Assembly: GCF_963967315.1 (NCBI RefSeq)
Contig: NZ_OZ017288.1
Location: 90,001 to 122,000, forward strand
From: Candidatus Minimicrobia sp. QA0096
GTDB lineage: Bacteria > Patescibacteriota > Saccharimonadia > Saccharimonadales > Saccharimonadaceae
Reading direction: 5' to 3'
Length of the DNA: 32,000 nt
How positions within the stretch are numbered: position 1 is the stretch's first letter; each line of letters begins with the position of its first letter. The position numbers and the translations under genes were made by a program. The notes beneath the pieces are model-generated. The model ran no database searches. It was not told the origin of the DNA and saw only the letters and a program-made list of their open reading frames with translations. This document shows, piece after piece, positions 18,938 through 27,486 of this stretch.

Positions 18938-19519
18938 CTATTTTATAAAAATACCCAGTAAGCCGATGATTAAAGATATTATGGAGATGATAGTTGGTAT
19001 CCAGAATTTTTTAGATTGTACTCTGCTTGTATAATATAATGCTTTCATTCTTTCTTTTATTATGTTGATTTTTTCGTAAAATCCTCTCAAAAAATATTCG
19101 TAGTCATTAATCACCCATTCGTCATATAACAGATCTCCAGTATCGCCGTTGTATGCGCCGCTAAGTTCTGTATTGTCACGATTAGTCATAGTCTCTATAT
19201 ATTTAGCCTGCCTGTCTATACTTTCAATAATTAATTGTATGTCAGATTTTTTAATTTCATAATTATCAAATAGTTTAGAGTATTGGTTAAGCAATAGAAA
19301 TGGCGTCTCTCTCATTACTCTTGCCGCTCCAAATTCAGTGAGAGCGCGCACTTCGTTGTTTGTATATTCAAGGCTTTCTTTACAGGTGTTTATTTTCTTG
19401 TCTATTATACTATCTATATAGATTATCTCCGGTTTTATAGAGGTCTTGTAAATAAAAGTTTTCGCAGTATTATAGAATATTTTCTTGATTGTATGTCTCT
19501 GATTGTATTCTCTTGTCAT
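18938..19519 (-). CDS. Hypothetical AT-rich orphan protein with a C-terminal TM anchor
   Basis: 193 aa. The sequence is visibly more AT-rich than its neighbours. C-terminus FWIPTIISIISLIIGLLGIFIK. TACAAT box lies 6 nt upstream of the ATG. Confidence 0.6.
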   Translation of the reverse strand: MTREYNQRHTIKKIFYNTAKTFIYKTSIKPEIIYIDSIIDKKINTCKESLEYTNNEVRALTEFGAARVMRETPFLLLNQYSKLFDNYEIKKSDIQLIIESIDRQAKYIETMTNRDNTELSGAYNGDTGDLLYDEWVINDYEYFLRGFYEKINIIKERMKALYYTSRVQSKKFWIPTIISIISLIIGLLGIFIK

Positions 19520-19571
19520 GTCAATATTGTATCAACTTTTGTATACCCTAGTATTATTTAAATTTATGAAT

Positions 19572-19604
19572 CTATAAAAAAGTCCCCACTCGCTAGTGAG
19601 GACT
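19572..19604 (-). terminator. Intrinsic terminator of greA
   Basis: On the minus strand, the 10-bp stem AGUCCUCACU / AGUGGGGACU has loop AGCG and is followed by UUUUUUAUAG. Confidence 0.7.
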
Positions 19605-19629
19605 AAACTGTCGTGGTGGACAATTGAGA

Positions 19630-20088
19630 TTAGCTAATGTTGATAACCTGTAGCTGCTTGGTCGCCAAGCCGTTTTTCCAGGAAACAGTTTCGGATTTCT
19701 TGTGATTTAGCAAGCTTTTTCCCAACGGACTATCCACGGAAATTCGCCCGTCCAGAGGGTTTGCCTCCATGCTGTGAACTAGCGTATAGCGGAAAATTTT
19801 TCCCTGTTGATCCATCAAATCCACGACTGAGCCGATAGCAATTTTCAATCGATCGCGCTTCCTTGGCAGCGGCTTAGCGTGACGTAAAATATCCTTTTTC
19901 ATAAAGATTTTTGATTGGATATTTTCCAGTTGCGTAATTACATCGTTGCGGCGTAATTTGTCATCGCGTGATTTGGCGCGCCCAATTTCTTTCAATTCTA
20001 ATATGAGCGCTTTTTCCGAAATCTCTAGTCCAGAAATTTCTTTCTGAAGCTCCTTGAATCCTTTTTTACTTAAAAATGTTGTACTCAT
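19630..20088 (-). CDS. greA: Transcription elongation factor GreA
   Basis: 152 aa. N-terminal coiled coil and C-terminal ISVDSPLGKSLLNHKKSETV motif. Confidence 0.85.
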   Translation of the reverse strand: MSTTFLSKKGFKELQKEISGLEISEKALILELKEIGRAKSRDDKLRRNDVITQLENIQSKIFMKKDILRHAKPLPRKRDRLKIAIGSVVDLMDQQGKIFRYTLVHSMEANPLDGRISVDSPLGKSLLNHKKSETVSWKNGLATKQLQVINIS

Positions 20089-20165
20089 ACTTCCCCTTTC
20101 GGATCGACAATTTTGCCAATCAACAATCCTATTACAACATCTAATTCTGAAAAATAGCTGAAAAT

Positions 20166-21116
20166 TTACAGAATTGGCAAGGAAATTGTGAAAATGGTTG
20201 AGTTTTTTGATGTAGTAACAGAGATTTGTCCGTCCAGTGCTCTTGTCAATTGTTCCGCTAATGGCAACCCTAATCCATAGCCTTTCGTCTGTTGGTTGCC
20301 GCGGAAAAATCGCTCAAAAACGTGTGGTAAGGTTTGCTGTGAAATTGTGCCGTCGTTGATGAAGTTGACAGTGATGTTTTGTTTTGATGGGATAATGCAA
20401 ATTTTTACCACAGAATTTTTCGGGCTATGTTTCAATGAATTGTCGAGTAAAATTGCGCACAATTCTCGCGTGGCGGTGTGATGAAGCGGAATATTTATGT
20501 GTTCTGGGCAATTCATTTTAACTCGCGCTTCGGCTTTCCGTTCGCGGACGAGTTCGGATATCAATTCCGTCAAATTGAAATTTTTATCTTCCAGTGCCAA
20601 CTTATTTTCCGTCCGCGATAACTCCAGAAGCATCGCTGTAAGCTCCGTCAGTTTGTTGATCTCTTCCAGATTACTTTCCAGAGTTTCTGTAAGTTCTGCC
20701 TTGTTCGCTTTCCAATTTTTTAACGCAAACTCAGTCTCTGCTTTCATGATTGCCAAAGGTGTTCGGAGCTGATGGCTGGCATTAGCAACAAATCGCGATT
20801 GAGCTTTGTGGGCGGTTTCTATCGGTCGCAAAGTAATTTTTGCCAATAAATACGAGCACCAACCGCCAGCGAGCAGAACGATAAGATTTATATAGCCCAA
20901 ACTAATCAAAAGATTTCGAGTTGAATTATCTATTCTCTCTGACAAATTAATTGCAGGAAAATCACCCTCCCTTTGAACGATAATTTTATGAATTTGCGCA
21001 TCAACTTCCGAGCGCGCCACCTGAAAAATAATACTACTAAACAGTAAACTAACGATCATCAAAATCATCAAATACCAGCCTGCCAACTTAATTGTTGCTG
21101 AAGTAAAAATTTTCAT
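20166..21116 (-). CDS. Sensor histidine kinase of the intramembrane-sensing type (two TM helices, about a 35-aa loop)
   Basis: H-box ASHQLRTPL, N-box DNSLKHS, G-box GYGLGL. There is no substantial extracellular domain. Confidence 0.88.
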   Translation of the reverse strand: MKIFTSATIKLAGWYLMILMIVSLLFSSIIFQVARSEVDAQIHKIIVQREGDFPAINLSERIDNSTRNLLISLGYINLIVLLAGGWCSYLLAKITLRPIETAHKAQSRFVANASHQLRTPLAIMKAETEFALKNWKANKAELTETLESNLEEINKLTELTAMLLELSRTENKLALEDKNFNLTELISELVRERKAEARVKMNCPEHINIPLHHTATRELCAILLDNSLKHSPKNSVVKICIIPSKQNITVNFINDGTISQQTLPHVFERFFRGNQQTKGYGLGLPLAEQLTRALDGQISVTTSKNSTIFTISLPIL

Positions 21117-21781
21117 GATTCAATCTTATAGCCGAAGCCGCGCACGGTTTTTATCAATTGTTTTTTGAACGGTTTGTCGATTTTTTGGCGTAGATTTTTT
21201 ATGTATGCCTCGACATTATTCGGTAAAATATCAGCGTCAAAATCCCAAACGTGATCAATCAGTGTTTCTTTACTGAGAATCTGATTCGGATGCTGCATCA
21301 AATATTCCAGCAGCGCATATTCTTTGCTTGTGAGGTCGATAATTTTTCCTGCGCGAGTTACCGTCTGTTGTTGCTTGTCAATTGTCAAATCGTCAATTTG
21401 CAGAATGTCTGGCTGGCTAATCGGTGGACGACGAAGCAAAGCTCGCACGCGCGCCAACAATTCATCAATTGCAAAAGGCTTAGTCAAATAATCATCGGCT
21501 CCCACGTCCAGCCCGAGCGTTTTATCTTCGGTCGTACTCAGTGCCGTCAGAAACAGAATTGGCATATTTTTCCCGTTTTCGCGCAATTTTTTAACAATCT
21601 CCGTGCCCTCTAATTCCGGCAGCATTCGATCAACAATCAACAAATCATACGGCTGACTATCTGCCAAATTAAAGCCCTCTTCTCCGTCGTACGCCGCATC
21701 AGCCGCGTATTTTTCGCGCTTCAAAGATTCGGTTATGACCCTCGCAATTTTTCGTTCGTCCTCAATTACTAGCAGTCGCAT
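21113..21781 (-). CDS. OmpR-family response regulator
   Basis: Receiver domain (DLLIVDRMLP, K in LTKPF) plus a winged-helix C-terminus (VRGFGYKI). Its stop overlaps the kinase start. Confidence 0.92.
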   Translation of the reverse strand: MRLLVIEDERKIARVITESLKREKYAADAAYDGEEGFNLADSQPYDLLIVDRMLPELEGTEIVKKLRENGKNMPILFLTALSTTEDKTLGLDVGADDYLTKPFAIDELLARVRALLRRPPISQPDILQIDDLTIDKQQQTVTRAGKIIDLTSKEYALLEYLMQHPNQILSKETLIDHVWDFDADILPNNVEAYIKNLRQKIDKPFKKQLIKTVRGFGYKIES

Positions 21782-21812
21782 ATTTATATTATATCTTTTT
21801 TCCCACGCTAAG

Positions 21813-21821
21813 TGTTATAAT
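21813..21821 (+). promoter_or_regulatory. Extended -10 promoter (TGTTATAAT) for the ABC transporter operon
   Basis: TG at 21813-21814 and TATAAT at 21816-21821, followed by AAGGAGG (21835-21841) and the ATG at 21845. Confidence 0.45.
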
Positions 21822-21844
21822 TTTATTTAAAGAAAAGGAGGCGT

Positions 21845-22594
21845 ATGCCAGATAATAAAAAAATGGTTGAGATTCGTCATTTTAAGATGAGTTTCGGCGA
21901 TAAAACTGTTATTAAAGACCTGAGTTTTGATGTTTTTCGCGGCGAAGTTTTTGGTTTTTTGGGAAGTAATGGTTCGGGAAAAACTACGACGTTGCGTGCA
22001 TTATTGGGACTATATCAGCCGACTGCGGGCGATTTATTGATAAACGGCAAGCCATATTCGGTGGAAAGTCAGATTCGCCTCGGATATCTTCCGGAGGAAC
22101 GCGGCTTGTATAAAAAAGAAAAAGTCTTAGACGTGATGCTTTACTTTGGTCAATTGAAAGGTCTGAGTCGCAAAGAAGCTAAGGATTTTTCTATGAAGTT
22201 TTTGGAGCGCGTCAATTTGAGCGACAAGGCTAATGTACAACTTGATAAATTATCTGGCGGACAGCAACAGAAAATTCAGCTTGGCGTAACGATTATGGGT
22301 GATCCAGAACTGCTGATTATGGACGAGCCAGCCAAAGGTTTTGATCCAGTGAATCGTCGTTTGTTGATGAACATAATTGAGGAACAGCGAAAAGCTGGCG
22401 CGACAATTATTTACGTTACACACCAGATGGAGGAAGTTGAAAGATTGTGCGATCGCTTGATTTTATTGAAAGACGGTCAAGCGGCGGCATACGGAACATT
22501 GGAAGAAGTAAAAAAACAATTTGGCGGCGCGTCAATGGACGACATTTTTGTCCAAGTTTACGGTGGCGAAGCGAAGGAGTTGAGTGATGAGTAA
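21845..22594 (+). CDS. ABC transporter ATP-binding protein
   Basis: Walker A GSNGSGKTT, signature LSGGQQQK, Walker B LLIMDEP. Confidence 0.92.
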   Translation: MPDNKKMVEIRHFKMSFGDKTVIKDLSFDVFRGEVFGFLGSNGSGKTTTLRALLGLYQPTAGDLLINGKPYSVESQIRLGYLPEERGLYKKEKVLDVMLYFGQLKGLSRKEAKDFSMKFLERVNLSDKANVQLDKLSGGQQQKIQLGVTIMGDPELLIMDEPAKGFDPVNRRLLMNIIEEQRKAGATIIYVTHQMEEVERLCDRLILLKDGQAAAYGTLEEVKKQFGGASMDDIFVQVYGGEAKELSDE

Positions 22595-23819
22595 AATGCA
22601 TAATTTGGGGACGGTTTTCAAATTTGAAACGCTTAGAACACTGAAGAAACCGACGTTTTGGTTGACGGCCTTGGGATTCCCCTTGTTGATTGGCGTGCTG
22701 TATGGCATTATGTTTTGGTCGCAAAGCACGACTATTGAAGCGTCAAAAAATCTGGAAAAGCAAGAATTTTCACTGGAAGTCACGGACGATTCGAAGTTAG
22801 TGAAGCCAGAATTACTGGCGGCAATTAAAGCCAAAACCGCCAAGTCGAAAGAATCTGGAATTGACGACGTAAAAAATAATAAGGTTGATGCGTATGTTTA
22901 TTTTCCAAAAGATTTGAGCAAGCAAAAGGTCGAAGTTTACGGTAAAGATGTTGGGTTATTCCAAAACGGAAAATACGGCGCGGTGGCACAGAGTTTATTG
23001 AGTCAATCAGTAGCAAGTGACGTTAATCCAGCACAAGTTGCGATTTTACGCGACAAAGTCCAATTGTCATCAACTACATATCTGGACGGAAAAGAGCACG
23101 GCGGCATTAATGAGATGATCGTGCCGGGAATGTTTTTGGCTATTTTGTTCATTCTCATCAGTATTTTTGGCAATCAAATGCTCATTAGCACCACCGAGGA
23201 AAAAGAAAATCGCACAGTTGAAATGTTACTCACGACCGTTAAAACTGACACTTTGATTACGGGTAAAATTCTGTCTTTGATGGTGTTGGCTTTGATTCAG
23301 ATTTTGGTGATTGTTTTGCCGGTTTTGGCGGGCTATTTGGCGTTTGGCTCGAAGCTGCAATTGCCTAATCTGGACTTGAGTACGCTCGTGTTTGATCCTG
23401 TGAGAATTGGTCTGGCGATCATAATTTTCTCCGCCAGCTTCACTTTATTTACGGGAATGTTGGTGACTTTGGGCGCGATGATGCCGACCGCCAAAGAAGC
23501 CAGCCAGTGGTTCGGAATTGTGATTATGCTATTCATTGGTCCATTTTACGGAATCACGGCGTTCGTTTCCTTCCCTGATTATTTCTTCGTTAAGTTCTTA
23601 TCGCTATTTCCATTCACCGCACCGATTCCATTGTTGTTACGAAACGCAATAGGCAATTTGCCGATTTGGGAAGCTTTGCTCGGTACGGCAATTTTGGTCG
23701 CTACAGCGGTGTTTGTTATGTGGCTATCCGTGCGCGTTTTCCGCTACGGCGCGATGTCTTATGATAGTAAATTATCTCTGTCGGCGTTGCGAACACGCCG
23801 AAAAGCTGGTAAAGTTTAG
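22584..23819 (+). CDS. ABC-2 (NatB-like) transporter permease
   Basis: 411 aa. One N-terminal TM helix, a large extracytoplasmic loop, and a C-terminal cluster of TM helices. It overlaps the ATPase gene by 11 nt. Confidence 0.8.
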   Translation: MMSKMHNLGTVFKFETLRTLKKPTFWLTALGFPLLIGVLYGIMFWSQSTTIEASKNLEKQEFSLEVTDDSKLVKPELLAAIKAKTAKSKESGIDDVKNNKVDAYVYFPKDLSKQKVEVYGKDVGLFQNGKYGAVAQSLLSQSVASDVNPAQVAILRDKVQLSSTTYLDGKEHGGINEMIVPGMFLAILFILISIFGNQMLISTTEEKENRTVEMLLTTVKTDTLITGKILSLMVLALIQILVIVLPVLAGYLAFGSKLQLPNLDLSTLVFDPVRIGLAIIIFSASFTLFTGMLVTLGAMMPTAKEASQWFGIVIMLFIGPFYGITAFVSFPDYFFVKFLSLFPFTAPIPLLLRNAIGNLPIWEALLGTAILVATAVFVMWLSVRVFRYGAMSYDSKLSLSALRTRRKAGKV

Positions 23820-23821
23820 GT

Positions 23822-24955
23822 ATGAAAGTACGTATAGAGATAGACACGAAAACATTTGTGCGATTTTGGCTGGTCGTTATGGGATTTGGTCTGGCTGGTC
23901 TGGCAATTTATTCCGCAAAGGATGCTCTGGTTTTATTGGGAATTTCTCTGTTCTTGGCGCTGGCGCTAAATCGTCCAGTTGCAGCAATTGCTAGGAAGCT
24001 TCCTGGAAAAAGTCGATTGGGCGGCACGGCACTGGCATATACGACGCTGGTTTTGCTTTTGGGTTGTGTGGTCTGGTTTGTTATTCCGCCAATTGTCCAA
24101 CAATCCGCCAAATTCGTCGAGAGCATTCCGAGTATAATCGACCAAGCAAGCTCACAGTGGCGTGGCGTTAATGATTTCATTGATAAGAACAATTTGCGCC
24201 CGCAGGTCGATTCGATGATGGAAAACATCAAGCAGCAATCTTCGTCTTGGGCGACGAGCGTCGGCACGAATTTATTATCCAGTGTTGGCTCTTTGGCGTC
24301 ATTCTTGGGCTCGCTATTCTTGGTGCTGGTGCTGTCATTCCTGATGCTCCTCGAGGGTCCAACTTGGGTGAAGCGTTTGTGGGGATTGTATAACGACGAA
24401 GAAAAAATGGAGCGTCATAAGAAGCTGGTTGGCCGAATGTATAACGTGGTCACGGGTTATGTTTCTGGACAATTGACGGTTTCTGGAATCGATGCGATAT
24501 TATCAGGTTTCGTGGTGTTTGTGCTGAGTTTGACATTCCCTGTCATAAATTCCAATTTGGCAATGCTCACCGTTATGGCAACGTTTGTGTTGACGCTAAT
24601 TCCGATGTTTGGCGCAACGATTGCTGGCGCGTTGATATCACTACTGCTATTCTTCAATAACATGACAGCTGGCGTTATTTACGCAATTTATTTCGTGATT
24701 TACCAACAGATTGAGAATAACTTTGTCTCTCCTTCTATCCAATCAAAGAAGGTTGAGTTGTCGGCTCTGACTGTCTTGGTCGCGGTGACAATTGGTTTGT
24801 ATGTTGGTGGTCTATTGGGCGGTTTGGTTGCTATTCCAGCCGCTGGCGTCGTGAAGGTTTTGCTGGACAATTACTTGGAGCAAGCCAAGTCTAACCGCGT
24901 TGAAAGCGAAAAACCTCTTAATAAATTAGTTAAGAAATTGAAAAACGAAGATTAA
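23822..24955 (+). CDS. AI-2E (PerM/YhhT) family transporter
   Basis: 377 aa polytopic membrane protein with the typical family architecture, including IPMFGATIAG and ENNFVSP-like motifs. Confidence 0.82.
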   Translation: MKVRIEIDTKTFVRFWLVVMGFGLAGLAIYSAKDALVLLGISLFLALALNRPVAAIARKLPGKSRLGGTALAYTTLVLLLGCVVWFVIPPIVQQSAKFVESIPSIIDQASSQWRGVNDFIDKNNLRPQVDSMMENIKQQSSSWATSVGTNLLSSVGSLASFLGSLFLVLVLSFLMLLEGPTWVKRLWGLYNDEEKMERHKKLVGRMYNVVTGYVSGQLTVSGIDAILSGFVVFVLSLTFPVINSNLAMLTVMATFVLTLIPMFGATIAGALISLLLFFNNMTAGVIYAIYFVIYQQIENNFVSPSIQSKKVELSALTVLVAVTIGLYVGGLLGGLVAIPAAGVVKVLLDNYLEQAKSNRVESEKPLNKLVKKLKNED

Positions 24956-24972
24956 TTAGCACGAAATAAAAT

Positions 24973-24998
24973 ATAGCCCGTTGAATCTAGCGGGCTAT
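24973..24998. terminator. Hairpin shared by the convergent AI-2E transporter gene and cysS
   Basis: ATAGCCCG (24973-24980) pairs with CGGGCTAT (24991-24998). The cysS stop codon lies in the stem. On the minus strand AUAUUUUAUUU follows. Confidence 0.5.
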
Positions 24999-26428
24999 TT
25001 CCGTGTCCAAATGCTGCCGCTTGGCGTATCACGAACGGCAACGCCAGCCTGAAGAAGTTCATCGCGAATTCTGTCGGATTCTTCCCAATTTTTCTCTGCG
25101 CGTGCTTGACGTCGCTGGATAATCAACCTCTTCAAATCGTCAGTAATATCAGGCGTAGACTCAGCCAAATCCAGCCCTAAAATCTCGTCAATCTCATCAA
25201 TAAACTGTACTAAACTCTGTCGATGAATTTTATCCAGCGGCGTATGATCCAACTTTGAAAATACTTCATCAATCAACGCCAGTGCGCCTGGAGTATCCAA
25301 ATCATCGTTCAATTTCTCGACCAATGCCTGACGTCCCGCTAATAACGAAACTGAATCGTCCTGCTCGTCCTTATCGTCGTCATCTTCCAGTGTGTCGTGA
25401 GTTTGATGTCTCAGAACCGCGTAATCCCGCCAATGATTCAATCGTGCCTGCGCTGCTTCCAGGATTTCCCAGGTAAAATTCCCTTCCGTTTGATAATGCT
25501 TACTGAGAATCGCCAGCTTAAACGCCATCGGACTAAACCCTCGCGAAATAATATCTTCCAGCGTAATAATATTACCCAGTGATTTGCTCATCTTTCGGCC
25601 GTCAACTTTTATGTGATTATTATGTAGCCAAATCTGAGAAAATTGTTTTCCAGTCAGACTTTCGCTCTGGGCAATTTCATTCGTGTGATGAACTGGAATA
25701 TGATCAATCCCACCCGCGTGAATATCAATAGAATCTCCAAGTGTTTCACGGGCAATTGTCGAACATTCCAGATGCCAGCCAGGAAAACCGACTCCCCACG
25801 GACTATCCCATTCCATATCGCGCTTGGCGTCTTTTGGTGAAAACTTCCATACGGCGAAGTCGGTAATATTGCGCTTTCCTTCAACGCTTACTCTGGCGCC
25901 AGCCTCCAGTCCCGCTATGTCCAGCCGCGCCAATTTCCCGTAATCCTTCAAAAGCGACGTGTCAAAATACATGCCGTCGCCGTCGATTTTATATAAAAAT
26001 CCTTTTTCGTCCAGTCCTTTTGCGAAGTCAATCTGCTGCTGAATATAATCCGTCGCCCGCACCAAGTAATCTGGTTTTATCAATTTCAGCACGTCGTAAG
26101 CCTCGTGATTGGCTATGGAAATATATCTTTCCGCCACATCCCAGGCAGTCTTCCCTTCACGACGCGCACCTTTTTCCATTTTGTCCTCGCCGTTATCGTC
26201 ATCACTGGTCAAATGTCCAACGTCGGTGATGTTTTGCGTTCGAATAACGGGAATATCTTGCCAGCGTAACAATCGTACTAACACGTCCCAGTAAATATAG
26301 CCAACCCAGTTGCCGATGTGCGGTTGCGAATAAACCGTTAGACCACAGGTGTAAAATCTGACCGTTTCTCTGTCAAGCGGCGTCAGTTTGTCTTTTCGTC
26401 TAGTGAGCGTGTTATAGAGTTTTATCAT
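24995..26428 (-). CDS. cysS: Cysteine--tRNA ligase
   Basis: HIGN (HIGH) motif, KMSKS motif, and N-terminus MIKLYNTLTRRK. I moved the start from the ORF-track position 26590 to 26428. The promoter TTGAAA-17-TACAAT lies 7 nt upstream of 26428, and a terminator lies inside the longer ORF. Confidence 0.93.
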   Translation of the reverse strand: MIKLYNTLTRRKDKLTPLDRETVRFYTCGLTVYSQPHIGNWVGYIYWDVLVRLLRWQDIPVIRTQNITDVGHLTSDDDNGEDKMEKGARREGKTAWDVAERYISIANHEAYDVLKLIKPDYLVRATDYIQQQIDFAKGLDEKGFLYKIDGDGMYFDTSLLKDYGKLARLDIAGLEAGARVSVEGKRNITDFAVWKFSPKDAKRDMEWDSPWGVGFPGWHLECSTIARETLGDSIDIHAGGIDHIPVHHTNEIAQSESLTGKQFSQIWLHNNHIKVDGRKMSKSLGNIITLEDIISRGFSPMAFKLAILSKHYQTEGNFTWEILEAAQARLNHWRDYAVLRHQTHDTLEDDDDKDEQDDSVSLLAGRQALVEKLNDDLDTPGALALIDEVFSKLDHTPLDKIHRQSLVQFIDEIDEILGLDLAESTPDITDDLKRLIIQRRQARAEKNWEESDRIRDELLQAGVAVRDTPSGSIWTRK

Positions 26429-26435
26429 TAGTTCT

Positions 26436-26464
26436 ATTGTACGGCACTCTGGCTGGTTTTTCAA
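26436..26464 (-). promoter_or_regulatory. cysS promoter TTGAAA-17-TACAAT, 7 nt from the ATG (leaderless mRNA predicted)
   Basis: On the plus strand, -10 is the reverse complement at 26436-26441 and -35 at 26459-26464. There is no SD before the ATG. Confidence 0.55.
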
Positions 26465-26471
26465 AATTGGT

Positions 26472-26496
26472 ATAAAAAACAGCCCCAGTTGGGACT
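26472..26496 (-). terminator. Intrinsic terminator of the 216-aa gene
   Basis: On the minus strand, AGUCCC-AACU-GGGGCU is followed by GUUUUUUAUA. Confidence 0.6.
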
Positions 26497-26568
26497 TAAT
26501 AATTTCAAGGAAGAAATGACAGACAGTATTATTACAAAACGCCGCCTGCCATTTCTCCTGGGAGAAGG

Positions 26569-27219
26569 TTAGTCCTGAGGACGTTTCCACTCTAGAAGGG
26601 TCTTAACCCTTCCGAGCAGATTGTGCAGCTGGGAGATTTGGTACTCCCTCAACTGAAGAGTGTCAGAATCGTCGATCAAGATATGGACATTCTCCTCCAC
26701 CTGCAGTGCAGGTACAGCGATCTCTACGAGATAGTCTCCGAGATTTGGTACACTCTTCCTGTGTTCTTCCAAGGCGTGCACCGCCTTTCTCAGGACAGAG
26801 ATGACTGCGCCGTTTAGACGCTTCATCATTCTGCTGTGATGCAGTACGAGCTCGTTGTATGTTGACATAACCTCCCAAGCCCGCCAGGGTTGAGTCTTAG
26901 CTGCAGCTCCCGCTGCAACAAATACATCAACGATCTTTTCCTCCGTTGAACGCGAAGCACTCACTACTCTGCGAACAGAGTGATTCTTGACGTCAAGCGA
27001 CGACGTCAAGATGTCGTACAGAACAGACATGATTGAGAGGTATCCTTCAGTCATGCTGGCAGTGAGGTCTTCCCTCTTCGAGTCTGGAATTTTACCAGAT
27101 TCCCGAAGCGTGCGTCCGATTTCATTGATGGAACTCTCCAGTTTCAAGAAGAGCTTAATGTCGCTCTCTTTGAAAGAAAACTCCCAAGCCAGCGCGACAT
27201 CATCTTTCTGTCGGGACAT
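26569..27219 (-). CDS. Hypothetical, predicted all-helical protein with foreign composition
   Basis: 216 aa. About 50% GC by eye, with C/G-ending codons unlike its neighbours. GGAAAGGG SD upstream, plus its own terminator. I recognise no family motif. Confidence 0.65.
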   Translation of the reverse strand: MSRQKDDVALAWEFSFKESDIKLFLKLESSINEIGRTLRESGKIPDSKREDLTASMTEGYLSIMSVLYDILTSSLDVKNHSVRRVVSASRSTEEKIVDVFVAAGAAAKTQPWRAWEVMSTYNELVLHHSRMMKRLNGAVISVLRKAVHALEEHRKSVPNLGDYLVEIAVPALQVEENVHILIDDSDTLQLREYQISQLHNLLGRVKTLLEWKRPQD

Positions 27220-27486
27220 AATCCCTTTCCTGTCTTCTCACCCCTGGGCGGTTAAGTGACGTTTTGCCACAAGGTGAGATTTCACGCCTCTTCTCTGCTT
27301 TTTATAAAAGGAATAAAAACTCACCTTGTATATAACTGTCTGTCAAAGTACGCTTTCGGACAAAGATTTACTTGACTTGTCAACAAAAGCTGGTGTCATT
27401 TATATCACACTTATATTAAAAAGTCAACTCTAACCTAGTCCTGTCAGGGTCTAAGACATCGTAGCTATGTCGCCAGATAAGCCCTT

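Noticed and set aside
18862-19629. A possible genomic island integrated at tRNA-Gln.
   Set aside because: I found no direct repeat of the tRNA 3' end, no integrase and only one gene. I report only the compositional anomaly, not a mobile element.
26429-26590. The ORF track extends cysS by 54 codons at the N-terminus (METSSGLTF...), overlapping the end of the 216-aa gene.
   Set aside because: The extension contains the terminator of the upstream gene (26472-26496) and the TTGAAA-17-TACAAT promoter. The canonical CysRS N-terminus (MIKLYNTLTRRK) begins at 26428.
27377-27405. An alternative promoter, TTGTCA-17-TTATAT, for the HExxH gene with a leader of about 80 nt.
   Set aside because: It is possible, but no SD precedes the ATG at 27487. 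The TTGACA-17-CATAAT-9-ATG arrangement at 27491-27531 fits the leaderless pattern seen across this window better. I kept it only as a note.
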